From: Lytechinus pictus
Taxonomy: Eukaryota
Assembly: GCF_037042905.1 (NCBI RefSeq)
Contig: NC_087245.1
Span: 41,666,001 to 41,730,000 of the forward strand
Direction: 5' to 3'
Length of the DNA: 64,000 nucleotides
The notes below the pieces were generated by a model, which was not told the origin of the DNA, searched no databases, and was given only the letters and a program-made list of their open reading frames with translations. This document shows, piece by piece, positions 24,914-39,099 of the stretch. Position 1 is the stretch's first letter. The number at the start of each line of letters is the position of its first letter. Made by a program: the position numbers and the translations under genes.

Positions 24914-25225
24914 TAATGGTTTGGTTTACGTGAAAGCTCGAACCGACGCGATAACTCGATGTCATGGCACAGGCCGATAAATGGGGGTGTTGAAGAAACA
25001 GAGGGGGGGGGGGGGTGCAGGGTTGTGGTATGGGAGAACATGCATACGAATAGACAGTAAAGAGGGAGAGGGGGGAGAGCAAAAAGAGCGGTGAATTGCA
25101 GAGAAGAGAAAGAGAGGGGGAGGGATTTTTTTGTACTTTTTTGTGGGGGATCCTATGGTTAGATTTTAAAGATTCAACACTCTTATTCTTTGATGAATTT
25201 TCATCAAACCTTATACATATATATA

Positions 25226-25264
<39 letters not shown>

Positions 25265-27030
25265 CTATTATCGTCAGGTTGACCTTCCCCATGTAGAATT
25301 TATTCTATATTTTTTTACCCTAAAATATTTTTTTTTCCAAAATCTGGACGCTGTTTTTCTAACTGGGGCCGGCTTCCAGTATTTCTAACTAAAGTGAATT
25401 CTTGCACTGACGTATCGCAGACCTCGTACGCATCCGGTTCTTTAATAGCGTATTTTCGCACTCACTCCGCGGACGCTCATTGGAACGTTGAGAATCTATT
25501 GGAAATACGCGTCAAAACACAGATTAGAGGTTTATGTCGAAAGCTGGTGGACCGGGACAGTACATGTCTTAAGTTTCGGACCGGACGAAAATGTGCAAAT
25601 ATGTCGTTTATTTCGAGTCTAGGGCGGCACTGCTGTTTCGATTCGTCGATTTTTGACAAAGGCTACTTTGTTATGATGGGCCTTTCTACCCTTTTCTACT
25701 ATCGAACATTCGGTATATTTACATCCTCATTACGTAACATTACAAAGCTATACTCATGCACGTGACACGATCTCCACGTGCGACAACGGTTGCCGGTAGC
25801 AGACATAAAAATCAAGACCGTTTGTGTTTGCCAGTATTTGCGTAATCAAATCCCGTCGAAAGTTAAGGATGGGACTGAAATAAACGCATCAAGGTGTAAT
25901 TTAACCATGAAATTTTAGCACGTGAACTATTGATGAACTGTTGATAAGTAATAATAATAATATTCCGCATTTATATAGCGCTTAATACATCGGAACGACG
26001 TCTCTAAGCGCTTTACAGACATATTAAAGACATATAAGGTTCACTTGAATCTGGGTTGGGATTGGTCAGTGGCTCACGCGAATTTAAAAAGAAAATGAAT
26101 CCTAATAGAGTGAAATAGCCTGAAAGATAGGCCTATTGATGGCCAACGAATGAATCGTTAAGATCATATTTGTGAAAAATCAGACCCCCCCCCCCCAAAA
26201 AAAAAAAAAAAAAAATCAAAAATCGAGCTTTAACAGTTGAATTCATAAGGGATAAACGTAATGGCTAATTTAAGCATTAAAAATTCAAAATCATATAGGC
26301 TACATCATTATATAAAAAAGCTGATCTTTCGTCGCGTATGGACAAGAAATAAGAAAATAACGTAAACATGTGAACTAAAGATAGACTAATCAAAGTAAAA
26401 CCTTTGAATATTTTTGATGAGGAAGTAAACAAAAAATCAGAGTACGTAGAATCTATATAGACCTCTATATTATTGTCGTATTATACATGGCATAAACAAT
26501 ATGAATTGAGTTTTGATATTGTCTAATCACCAAGCAGTGTCGGGCATAGACATGCTTACTGCCATTTTCAGATTTCAAGTGTACTTTTGAAATAACAAAT
26601 GTTATGTGGATTATATCATGTCAGATGTTAATGTTGGTTTCTTATTATTTGTCCAGATGCAACGCAACCGGAAAGCTTGTCAGAGGCTTACCGACATAGC
26701 AACAAGAGTAAGTATGCGAAAATTTGACCGTACGCGGTATTTTTTCGGAGGCGGGGGGCAGGAATATGTGAAAATGATCGAAACATAATTATGAGCGACA
26801 GAATTGTACGGGAGTTTTACGTGATTTTGAATTTGTACTGATGCAAATGGATGTTTGTTGAAAAATTGCACCTCCGTCCCCGCTGCGTAGATCTGTAATT
26901 CAAACTACGTTTTATTTATTTATTTTTTACCTCATTCGTGATTCACATTATTACAAAGTAAAATGCATAAATGCTAACTACTTTCCATTGAAAAACAATT
27001 CGGTGAGATTGAATCACTTAAAAAAAATTT

Positions 27031-27318
27031 GGCCTGTATTCTGAAGTCGGGTTTAACTTTGACCATGCATGGTCTAACTTTGTGCTAAAATTACCGGAAG
27101 ACAAAAATGTCAACAATTTGTTTACATTGCATGTTTCTTATGTTTGATGTGCTCTTCCCCAGTTCTTTAATGGTGAAGAGTTTATCTTATGAATGATTTG
27201 AGAGCCAATTAGCTGATACATTGAGCCTCTACAGTTGAAGATCACTCCCGATTGGCTATCTATAGTTAGACCACACCTTTAAGCTAGAGTTTGAATTAAA
27301 CCAGTCTTCAGAACCAGT
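27031..27318. mobile_element. PIF/Harbinger-like MITE family A, copy 3 (degenerate)
   Basis: Starts ggcctgtattctgaagtcgggtttaac; same orientation as 12327. Confidence 0.65.
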
Positions 27319-28481
27319 CGAAATTAACATGATATTTGCATGAAAAACTCAATTAAAACACCTGATTCCCTTAGGAGGCGGACATCATATTGCCACTTTG
27401 CGTGAAAGCCTTTGACCAACCCGCAACCCGCCAATCTCCCATTAAACGCAAGACTGGAAAAGACATGTAAGTTTTCATCAACATGCGAAGTATAACATTG
27501 ATATCTTAATTGTCTACCGTTAAATTTATTGCGAAGTGCTGGTTTCCAGGGGTGTCAAGCCACCTTGGCATGTTTGAAACTGGTCAAAGCATTCGTTTCG
27601 GATCGACCATTGTCAAAGCAATACATCAATAAAAGGTCTTTGATCATGCTGATCATTCAAACAAGATTTTGGTTTCTGCGAATTGTATTCTTCATTCGGG
27701 ACAGAGCTTGCGATTGAGGAAGCTTTTCGCATATGTACATTCATAGCTAAGGTTTCTGATAATAACTGTTTCGATTGATCAAGACCGGTTACGATTCTGG
27801 CACTATATCAAGATTCCGAACCCCGTCATCGCAATAGGCCGGACTAAAGTTTTTGTTTGACCAACACCAAGTCTTCCAGTGGACTCTGAAGCGGGCATGG
27901 GATATTAACATTCAACGAATAATTCATCACTCTAACGCGAGAAGGTCTACTCTTAATATTTAACCAGCGACATTCATGTGTGTCCTCCGATGTTCAATAT
28001 ATATCAATTCATTGCATTCTCTCACTCATTCCATTAAGCGAAAGAGGTCAAGTGAGTCAGACTACGAAATGTAACTGAGCTATTCACTTCTTCATGCTTC
28101 AGTACATTTGTTGAAAGAATCAAATCTGGGCGGATCAAAGGTAATTTCTTTCTCTCAATTATATCGAGTACATATTTTGTTGTGTTTTGCCTAATATTGA
28201 AAAAAAAAAATCAGAGCGCCGTACACGCCGGGTATACACCGGTTCAGATATACATTTGGAAGAGAGATTTGTCGGGTATGCTTTTAAGAAGATTCCTGAT
28301 ATTTGGACAGTGTTATAAATTTGAACGTTATGTGAAGGACAGCAGTATCATTCCTCAACAGTGATAAGAACAATAATAACTAAAACACGGAGTTTTGTTT
28401 ATTCCAGCCGGTCGGGTTGTGTCTGGTGCAATTAAATATATATAATTTGGTACAAAGTTTGTGCTGTTTCGGAAAGCAACA

Positions 28482-28605
28482 ATGACAGGAACATCTGAAA
28501 CGACGCCCAAACATATTGAGCATGTCCATACCGTTGATGAGAGGTTGGATGAATCCAGGGATAGATCTCTTCAATCCCTTCCGCGGGAAGGAGAGGAAAA
28601 TTCAG
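28482..28605 (+). CDS. Probable first coding exon of the SLCO/OATP gene: MTGTSETTPKHIEHVHTVDERLDESRDRSLQSLPREGEENS(A)
   Basis: ATG in good context (gcaacaATGA), strong donor CAG|gtaaga at 28605/28606 in phase 1, matching the phase-1 acceptor at 50280/50281. Possible upstream acceptor ttattccag| at 28407/28408. No homology support. Confidence 0.5.
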
Positions 28606-29157
28606 GTAAGAAATCATTTTCTCTGTTTTTTATTTTCTTCATCCGCCGCCCCCATCCCCGGTAGAAGGCCCGAGTAGAAGGAATGTTCTGCAGGAATATA
28701 GTCAATCGATACGTATCGGATCAAATCGATCCGAAATATATATATTCTTAAATGTGGTGACCATTATACAGGGTGGATTTAGCGCACGATTCAATTCAAT
28801 TCATTTATTTCCTCTTTCAATCTTTTTACATTTACAATGATAGTTCAATATACATATTTACAAAATATAACATTTGAATCAATTTGTGTAATACAATAAT
28901 ACCATGAAATCGAAAGGGAATGAGACCAACTAAAAAGCAGAGCTTGTAGGGGATTATTGCTTTTTTTTGGGGGGGGGGGGGGTGAAGGGCGTTGGGAGGG
29001 GAGTGGCTTGGATTAAAAACGTGTTTTATTCAAATATATATAGGCCTATATACAAAATGTGTTTAGAGTTTTGAGAGTGTTTAAACATGTGACTAAAGAC
29101 AGTGGTAGTGTAATTGACGTTTCCTCAGATAAAATAATGGCGCTATACAAATGATTT

Positions 29158-29662
29158 TCATCATCATCACCATCATCATCATCATCACCACCATCATCAT
29201 CGTCATCATCACCATCATTATCATCATCACCATCATCATCACCACCACCATCATCATCACCACCATCATCACCCCCACCATCATCATCACCACCACCATC
29301 ATCACCATCATCACCATCATCACCATCATCATCATCATCATCACCCATCATCATCATCATCATCACCACCATCATCATCATCACCACCATCATCATCACC
29401 ACCATCATCATCGTCGTCACCATCATCATCATCATCACCACCATCATCATCATCACCATCATCACCATCATCATCATCACCACCATCATCATCACGATCA
29501 TCGTCATCATCATCGTCACCATCATCATCATCATCATCACCACCATCATCATCACCACCATCATCATCACGATCATCGTCATCATCATCGTCACCATCAT
29601 CATCATCATCATCACCACCACCATCATCATTATCATCATCACTGTTATCATCACCACCACCA
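29158..29662. repeat. (CAT/CAC)n trinucleotide repeat, about 500 bp
   Basis: Seen directly. Confidence 0.95.
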
Positions 29663-32600
29663 ATGTCACCTTGCTTATATATTTGTTCTTATGGTTTTGA
29701 ACCCTGTAGCACGTTAATAGATCTGGGGCCCATATACCATCATATTTTGTCTTTTGTCAATTTGGACCCACATGTTTTGAATTGACACACTCTACCCTCT
29801 GAAAATACATTATTTTCATCAATACCTTGCAGTGCATGTGTGCTGTTATTTTAATGGAATATGAATATCTACCTATAGGATTTGTTTTCCCAATCCATTA
29901 ACCTTGAATAACACTCCATTTAGTTTTAACAATCAAACACCTGTAGATATAGGTCATATGTGATTACAATATGTATTTCCTTATATAATATCATTCATGG
30001 AAATATATTTAATGTTGTTTATTAAACGTGTTTTTCTTATCTGTAAGTTTGCCGTGGTCATGGTCATTCTTTAGGAGAATGGCAAATATTATTCTATACT
30101 CCTTGTAATGGACTTTATCACACAGGCATACAGATGGGGTCTTTGGGGGGGAAATGGACGCCCAAAGTTTTTAAGACTAGGAAAATGGAGGAAAAAATCA
30201 AAAGAAAATGAAATTTTTAAAGTGTTAAATAATTATGATAGCATGTTCTGAACATTTATCTCAAAAATTATCCCCCAAAATAGATCTTTGTATCAAAATG
30301 GTCAATTTTTTGCTCGCTCGCTTTGCTAGCTCGCATCCCTTTTTAAATTTTGTGTGACCCCCTCAAAATGTTTACCTCCTTGTGCTTCTGCTTTATTATG
30401 TTGCTCTGCATACCATATTTGGAAATCCATTGAATCCATTCATGGCCCTTATTAAATTTTTCCCTTCGAGATCGTACTTTCTCGGATCAGGTATACCGTC
30501 CCGTTTGTGACGTACAAATACGCGCTAGCACTTCTCGGAAGAGGTTGAAACTTGACTTTATATACCATTCATATGGTACAGATTAAATTTCATAACAATG
30601 TCAGCCTTTCATTCTAAATCCGGACACGGTATATCAAGGATCGTTTAAAGATCAAAGAGCCAGAAGTTTTCCTGTTTTCACCTTTCTGCCACAACTAAAC
30701 TTATATAATAATAATGCCACATATAGTGTACATTGGGTAATAAAGCGCAAATGTATGTCTACTGACTCCATTGCCGTACAGGGTGGGGTCTGGGGGCCAT
30801 ACCCCTACCCCTTCCCCAAGCTCCACGATCAAGAGAGAAAAATGTCAGAAAAAGAATGAAAGGGAAAGGGGTAAGATGTGATTTTTTCCGAATTAATACT
30901 ATGTCACAATCTATCAGAAGATGATATTTTTTTCTAAGAAAATCAAAAATTTTGCTACGCTCCCTTTTTTTAAAAGAAATTTTGTTACAGACGCATGTTA
31001 TGCCCTGTTTTTTTTTTTTTTTTTTTTTTTGGGGGGGGGATGTGGCCCATTACGCCGCTGTCGCCCTCTCAGATCTTTGTTGACCAACGTGTAAGTTTAA
31101 ATACAACCATAGCAACTGTTGGTTCAACAAAATTACGTGTCAAACAAATGTTTTGTTTTTTGTTTTTTAGGTTCATACTTTAGCCGTTAGCAGTAACCAT
31201 TCTGTTGAGACTGAATGTGAAAACTGTGGAATAAAGATGATCATTTAGTACCCTAATAACATATAGGTTGAATCATGGAAGTAGCTCCATAATTCAATCA
31301 TTCCTGCGGAGTGAGTTGCATGTCAGTGAATGATAATGCTCCATGCACCCCTGTTGACATGCTCTGAACGGGTTATGAATGTTCTCTCTGAATCATATCT
31401 CTCCCTTCGACTTTCGAAATGAAATGTCGGAATTGCAAATTGATTTTTAAAATGTATAATATCCTTTCACATATGATTTAGTTTGCATTGTCAGTTCCTC
31501 TTTTCGCAAATTGAGGAGTGTGAATATGTATTGAGCAAGCCATAACTCAATCCATGTCATAGCCAATTCGATTTTGTTTCTATGTAAACACTGATACTTA
31601 ACATAATGAATCTCATTTTGTATAGCAAATGAAACTGTACTTGGCATTTTTGTTTACATTGAAATAAGTTCATTTTGATTGAAACGATCTATTGTTTACA
31701 ATGAATGCATTCAAGGTCTGCTCATGAATTTAGACAGAATAGTCAGGAATGATATTCCCTGCCAGAGGCGATGCTATAGGGGACACCAGACAGGAGCTAC
31801 GGCTTGTAGACAAGTGGAGGGGGGGGGGGGGCAGGATGCAAGAAAACCTTTTTTTTTTAATGGAAGATTCGGTCGTTTAAAGGAGCGTATTAATAGGAAT
31901 GGATTATTTTATTTTTCACTCTCACTTTGTCAGGACAAAGCAGTCAGGAAATGTATCTGTTAAGATGGGGCTTAAATATGTAATAACCATATTTTTTGAG
32001 TGAGAAAAAAAGGAAGAATGAATCTTTTGCCTTGCCTCCTATCAAGAGAAATTGTGACGGTTCCATGTCAAGACATTTGCTCCGACGACAACCGTTCCGC
32101 TGTTAATTCCACACACTACGGAATTACCAACTTCTACCCATGATTTAACACCATACCATAGCCTAATACATGGCCGTCCTTAACCCGTAACACAACACCG
32201 CGTATTGCAACCCTAAACTTAACCCTATCTATCTTAACGAAATAAATCCTCGCCAGAACAAATGTCGTGTCACCATACGGTGACCACCTGGCCCTATATA
32301 GCTTGCCATACACGTTGATTTTGTGAGATTTCGGTCCGTGTAGAGGGTGGGTCAGTGGGCGAGACGACCCTCTCATTATAGGATGCTCTACAAAATTATA
32401 AATTCAAGGAGGAAGGGCACGCCCCCCCCCCCGTTATCTCGAAATCGTCCCCCATGGTCCTCCTATTCCTCAATCATATTCAGTTATTTCGGTAGTGAAC
32501 TATTAAAACCACGCATCTGCTTCAAAAATGAACAAAATAACCAGCAGGCTAAGTATACCATACCTCTATAAGCTTGCCAAGATAAATTACAAGTGCCACA

Positions 32601-33276
32601 TTATAATGCTACACTCGCGTCTAAATGGCTACTTTGGTGCATATAATATGATAAAAAAAACCTTCCGTGAAATATAATATAAAATGAGCCAAGCCCTTCA
32701 ACTGCAATTTGTATAAATATGAATCGTGGAACGGTGAAATTTCATCAAAATTGAATGTAAAATAAGAAAATTATGACACTTATAAAGATTGTCTTAACTC
32801 AACAAATAAAAGAGGGGGGGGGGGGATTTTTCACAAGATTGGTGATATACAATCTTTTCTACACTCACTATTCCTTTTGTATTAGTTTTAATCACATTCA
32901 CTTTTTGTGTGCATTAATATTGGTTTGAATGCTATTTTGGCACGATTGTAGGCCTATTCCTATTTCTTAATTTTTGCTGCATGCACTTCCAGTCAGAGAC
33001 CTGGCCACGATGGTTTACATAATATATAGTAAAAAAAAAACAAAATAGCACGTTGTTTAAGCCTGTCACTCTAACAAGTTGTTTAAACTTGTTTGTATAA
33101 TTGTTTAAACTTTTTAAACAACTTAAAAAAAAAAGTTTAAACAGTTAGTTGTTCGAGTGACGGGCTTAAACAACGTGCTTAAAATGTTAACGTTTTTACA
33201 GTGTATTGCATTATTACTAGGGGTGCTGGGCTTGGTCACATCACCCTCAGAAACAATATTTGATCCTCCATGGCCA

Positions 33277-33518
33277 CACTGCAAAGACTCTGGTGTTGAT
33301 TTAACACCAGCCCGGAATCTATATATGTCCACACCAGAGAAGTGTTAAACAACACCAATTTCGTTTTGGTATAACACCAGATAGGTATTTATACAACACC
33401 AATTAGTATCAAAACAGCATCGGTTTGATTCCAAACTGGTGTTGTTTCAATATTTCTCTGGTGTGGACATATATAGATTCCGGGCTGGTGTTAAATCAAC
33501 ACCTGAGTTTTTGCAGTG
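33277..33518. mobile_element. Palindromic MITE with CACTG termini (CMC/EnSpm-like), copy 2
   Basis: cactgcaaa ... tttgcagtg with a 2-bp CA duplication on both flanks. Confidence 0.8.
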
Positions 33519-34069
33519 CAGGTCCATGCAACTCCTGCAACAAAGTTATAGAATGAATATACTTTGCGTGCATCTAAAAAAAAAATACGGCAGGTCAGGA
33601 TTTTTATGATTCTCTTTTATGTGACCATGACCCAGCTGAATTTGAATCGCATGAATGCATTACACTTCTTATTACTCGCTTGTAACAAAGAGCAGAACGA
33701 TTGTTAGGTTGTGTACAAAAAAAAAATAAAAGAAAAAAATAAATCACAAATAGATCACAATTAAGGTTGCCGATTCCTGGGAATTCGACCCAGTTTAAAA
33801 GTGTAAATTTGGACCATGATGACCATGGTTTTTTTTCAGATTTTATGTAAATTTAACATGGGCGTGTTCGGTGTCTATATTTTCACTTGTTGAAATTGAT
33901 CGTAAATCTTTGATTGTATGGCTGTAATTTATTGATACGTAGTATTAAGTTCGATCATACATAGAGTTGAGGCCAGAAGTTTACATACACCCAGAAAATG
34001 CCAAACATCATTAAATTTACTGTATCTTATAAAATATTTGTGCTATCATGACGAATTTGATATCAAACA

Positions 34070-34870
34070 CAGGGACGGATCCATTTTTGCCAAGGGGGGG
34101 GGGGGATTTTTACCCATATTTTCCCCGATCGCCGCTAGAAGTTGAACATTGTTTGTTTCTTTGAAGGGTTAGTCTTCTTAGCTTTATTCTTATGAATTAT
34201 TATAATCTCATAAGCCCTATGTATAGTGCGAACGCGAAGCGCGAGCTTAAACTTTTGGAAATTTTATGTATTTTGTCCTGAAAATTGAAAATTCTTGGCA
34301 ATGTTTGTGATCTTGAACAAGATGCATATGTAACTAAATAATTACTGTGATCGTGGAGCGCGAGCAAAATTTGTTTAATATACGTTCTTTCCTGATCGAA
34401 AAGGGACCTGTTTAGGACAGTTAGCCATGAAGACGATACATATTTAAACAATCAAATATTGCGAGCATGACGAGGGAGTTGAAAATTTTTGAAATTGCAA
34501 CCTAAAAAAATGACATTCTAAGCACTTTTTGTAATCATGAAGAGGATAGGTAATATAACTAAACAATGCGAGCGCGAAGCGCTAGCTTGAAATAAAAAAT
34601 GAGATTTGTAGACCTAAAAATGGGACACTATTCATGTTTTGTGAATAAAGAAAAGGATGGGTGATTAGTTGTCTTCCTACATTAGTAATGCGAGCGCGAA
34701 GCACGAGCAGAAAGCATTGATATTCTGATCTGTAACTGGATAATTTAAACACGTTTTACATAAAAAAAGCTACGTATCTCAATAAACATGCGCGTGTTTT
34801 ATTTCTATTTTATTATTTGCTCCGCCAATAGGAGGGGCCCGGGCCCGTTGGTCCCCTGGATCCGCTTATG
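34070..34870. mobile_element. Non-autonomous element with internal tandem repeats of about 105-130 bp (GCGAGCGCGAAGCGCGAGC motif)
   Basis: Ends cagggacggatcc / ggatccgcttatg. Motif recurs at about 34227, 34355, 34460, 34567 and 34689. Related ggatccgcccctg ends at 22921 and 55607. Confidence 0.5.
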
Positions 34871-36677
34871 CGGATCACATTGCTTTGTTATCTGGAGATT
34901 TAGGTGTCATTTCCCCCCAAATCTTCATATTTTAAACAAATTGAAAAAAAAAATATCTGTGCTAGTTACTTCTTAACACAAACATTTCAGATTACACTTT
35001 TTTGTTTAGTGGTGACATATCATGAGAGAAAATATATATAATAGATTTAACATTTATATATTTCTGTGAAACGATGTTTGAAAATATAATAACAAACATT
35101 AGAATATATTTGGCACGAATATAATTTTTTTTTCAAAGAAAATTCCACCTGAAATATACTTTAATCCCAACGTCATCCCAATCATGTGAAAGAGCTTAAT
35201 ATACGCTCTTTCATTTGATAACAAATTCGTCATGGTATATAATTCTGAAGATATAGTAAATTTTACGATGTTTGGCAAGCGAATAAATTTCACTGAATTC
35301 CATGGGTGTATGTAAACTTTTGGCCTCAACTGTATATTTATCATACTTATGTAATAATTTGAAATCTTAATGATCTCAACAGTTTCCATTTTCTTTGAGT
35401 TCATGAAGACTAAAGCTTAATTGTGATATTTCAGCAAATCAATTGCATGAATGCAAAAATCACTTTAAACAGAATGAATAATTATTCTTTATTGTTATTT
35501 GTCTTCCCGATATATGTTTCTGGATATATGTTTTAAGTTTAGTAAATAGCACAAACTAACAATTCAAACCAAACCAAAAAAAAACAGAAACGAAAAAAAA
35601 AACTGTTGCTTTGCTGAACAATAGGTTTAACATGTATCTTGTTGTATTTATAGATTATATTCCATCGCAAAATGTCCAGTTTTTACGCGAAAGATATGTT
35701 AAAGATCATTATATTAGAAAGGCGTCATTCAACTTCATGATCTTCGAACAAAATATACAAAAGACAAAATATTTGTCCGGAAAATAAGAACAAGACATCA
35801 ATATGAATTATTAGCTGCCTGGCCCGGAGCCCTCAACGCCCAGTCATCTTATTCCACTTCAAAATTTTATTGAATTCGCATTGTTTTTTGTTGTTATATA
35901 TAGTCTTATTGCGCATTTAGAAAAGCAAGTTGAATTTTCCCTTTAAATTTGGACAATGTTTTTTTCGGAACCTTCAAATCCTCGTCATCGGATAGTCCGA
36001 TTCGGCTCCTACAATAAATGTCAAACGATTCCCTCAAAAAGATAAGCATAAAATCTGTTAAGGGCTACTGGATCAGGAACCATCTGATAACATTTCTTCT
36101 GTCGGTGAATCAATACTCGAATTTCATCTGAAAATATGAAAGATTCACGCCCTCAGGGAAAAGGGTTGCAGCAGATCCATCAATCGACTTCTGCAAATTG
36201 CGTGACGTTCGTATCGGCTATGATTTTTATTTTGTAACCATTCTAAAGAAACATTATGATCACAAAAGGTCTATACGTTTACTGGATTTGGGACAATATT
36301 TCTGCATTTTTATACCGTCTTTCTTTGATTTCCTTCCATCTCCTACAATGGATGTATGGGTTTTTTGCCAGCCATTTTGAAAGGAAGTCGAATGAAATTG
36401 GTTAGGCATAATTGTAGGCATCGATATCTTGCATCCAAGAAATCATTCGAAACTTCATCAAACCTTAATGGACCAATCTATTCCATATCCGTTCGTATCA
36501 TTATTCAATATTTGATTGTGTATAGTGTTTTATTTAACATTTACTTTTTATTTCTGTTGCTAGTCATGACATTGAAACTAACTTTATATTTAACTGTACA
36601 GTGTCATTTATATTTATGGTTAAATCTGTTTCAAAATCTCAGGCGTGTTTATGAGACTAAAGGAGAGATGCACTTAA

Positions 36678-37183
36678 AGGGAACGTTCATCCTGAAGAAA
36701 AGTTTGTTGTAAAAATAGCAACAACAAAAAATAATGAAAAAATATTGTTGAAGGTTTGAGGAAAATCCATTAAAGAATAAGAAAGTTATTAGAATTTTAA
36801 ATTTTGGATTTTTGACGTCATACACGAGCAGCTGCCCCATAATTATGTTATGTAATATAAAATGCATAAATAAAAACAAACAAATAATGGTTTTTGACCT
36901 TTTTTGTTTTCTGTTTAGGAACGAGTGTGAAATGATTTGTCTATTGATATACTGAAGGTACAGTAAAAACCATTTTCAATTTTCTGAGAAAATGAAATTT
37001 CATTGATTTTATTTTTACCATTCGCTATGGAGGAATGCTGCTCGCATGTCACTTCACAAATCATATGATTAAAATTCTAATAACTTTTTATATCTCTGAT
37101 GGATTTTTCTCAAACCTTCGGCAATGTTTTTTAGTATTTTTCTGCTATTTTTACAATAAACTTTTTGTCAGGGCGAACTCCCC
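36678..37183. mobile_element. Kolobok-like MITE (degenerate); a lone right arm recurs at about 39255-39416
   Basis: TTAA|agggaacgttcatcctga..aagtttgttgtaaaaatagca is inverted relative to tgctatttttacaataaactttttgtcagggcgaactcccc. Confidence 0.6.
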
Positions 37184-37301
37184 CCAGAAGTGTTTTCGGG
37201 CTTACTTGTTCTCGGGATCGCGCGTTCACTCGGATTGGTGTACTGTCGGCAAATAACCCCCCCCCCCGGCAAATTGAGTCTAGAAGAAGACTATTTTCAA
37301 C

Positions 37302-39099
37302 GGCAGTTTATAATCACTCGCGTCGCGTTCTGGTTCGTAATCACTCGCGTTTTGAATTTTTGGCGATTTTTTTTATTTCGGTGCGATTTTTTTTTAACGG
37401 TGTCTTCAATGGGACAGACATGCAGGGAAATTTGAGTTTCGTTTTAAGCCGGCAATTAAGTGCCTTAAAATAAAATGTACTCGACTACTGTTCTAACTAA
37501 GTACCAAGAATAGAAAACAAGCTTGATCCGCCCCAGACAGCTGGCAGCAGTCTGTTTCGAGGAGTTCTTTTCAAACATTTTATTTTTTTTTAATTTCTCT
37601 GTATTTGGTGATTGTACAACTCATCCCCCATCTGTATGCTTTGTACTGTTTCTAGTGGAAAGTCCCCCAAAGTACATGTATTTCATACCTTGAATTTAAT
37701 GTAACTTGCCTGAATGCGATAAGCTTTGTTATTAACGTGTGTGCTCTCAGATTTTAACAAAAGTTATAAGATATTTAAAAAAAATGTTTTCAAGAAATCA
37801 TTAAATTTCTTTAATGATGAATATCTAGTCTTGTTTATCCATTGCAATGTTCATATGTGTGATATGATAGGTGGTTTACTTTTGCCAGTAACTACTTGCA
37901 GTAGGCTGGATACATAAACATAAATAAAACATTGTGATCAACAACAAATATACACTTGTAAATACATAACAATACAAATTACAATACAGTGTAGATTTCT
38001 TGTCCTTGATAACCCCCAAATTTTTTCATATTTTTCACCCTGCAACGTCCTGCAAGATTAATGAAAATCCATTTTACCATTTTTAAATTTTGTTCAGTGC
38101 ACCATCATTATATATAAAAAAAAAACTAATTTTGTTGGTCCCTCGGACTTCTTTATAACCAGAGTGCACTTTACCCCCCCTCCTACTTCTCTTTCTTCTC
38201 AGTCTTCTTTTTATTCCCATTATTATGTCATCTTATTCTTCTCCCTGTTCTTCTACTTCTCAATTTCTTCCCTTTCTCCTTATTGTTCATCTCCCTTCTC
38301 ACTTCTTCCTTCTCTCTTCTCAGTCTTCCCCTTATTTTATCTTCTCTTTCTCTTCTTCTACATCCTCCCCTCAATTTTCTCTTTTTAGTTTCATTTTTAC
38401 CCCCTTATGTCCTCCATCTTCTTTTTTCTTCTTCTACTTCTCCTCCTCCTTCCTTCTTGCTTTTCTTCTTCAGCACTTTTTTCCTCCCTGATTTTTACGT
38501 TAGTGTAGAATAATTCACAAAGAAAGGGAGAAGCAAATAAATAGTGATATTATGAAATTGTAGCACCTCACTATGCTTTATAAAGAATACCACAGACTTC
38601 AGGAAAATCCTCCAAAGGCAAAGCTAAATCGAGAGTAGCCTTTCCTCCTTTTTCTTCTTTATTCCTTTTCTCCTTTCTTTCTCCTTTTTTCCTTGCTTCT
38701 TTCTTTCTGTCTGTCTTTTTTTTTCTTTCTCTTTTCTCCCTCTTTCCCTTCCTTTCTCCCCCCCCTCTCTCTTTTTTTAGGGGGAGCCCCCCCCCCGCTT
38801 CCGCCGCCTATGGCTCTAAGATTTAAGATGTGGAATGTGATTATGTTAAAACAGTAGTCAAAATTTGCTTGTTATCTTAAAACAGTGGTCGAGAACGTTT
38901 TATTTAAGGCACTTACCAGCTTAAAATAAAACGAAACTCGAATTTCAATTTCATTTTATTTTTCCAGTACGTTTGTCCCATTGAAGACACCGTTAGAAAA
39001 AAAATCGCACCGAAAAAAAAAAAATCGCCAAAAATAAAAAACGCGTGTGATTACCAACCCGACGCGAGTGATTACGAACGCGAGTGAATATAATAAGCC
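37302..39099. mobile_element. 1.8-kb non-autonomous DNA transposon with about 200-bp imperfect TIRs and an 8-bp TSD
   Basis: 37302-37497 is inverted relative to 38878-39099. GGC...GCC termini, TTTTCAAC at 37294-37301 and 39100-39107. Confidence 0.7.

Noticed and set aside
29046..29717. Poly-His, poly-Met and poly-Asp ORFs (also 50668-51256 and 47422-47727)
   Set aside because: Artefacts of trinucleotide repeats that lack stop codons.
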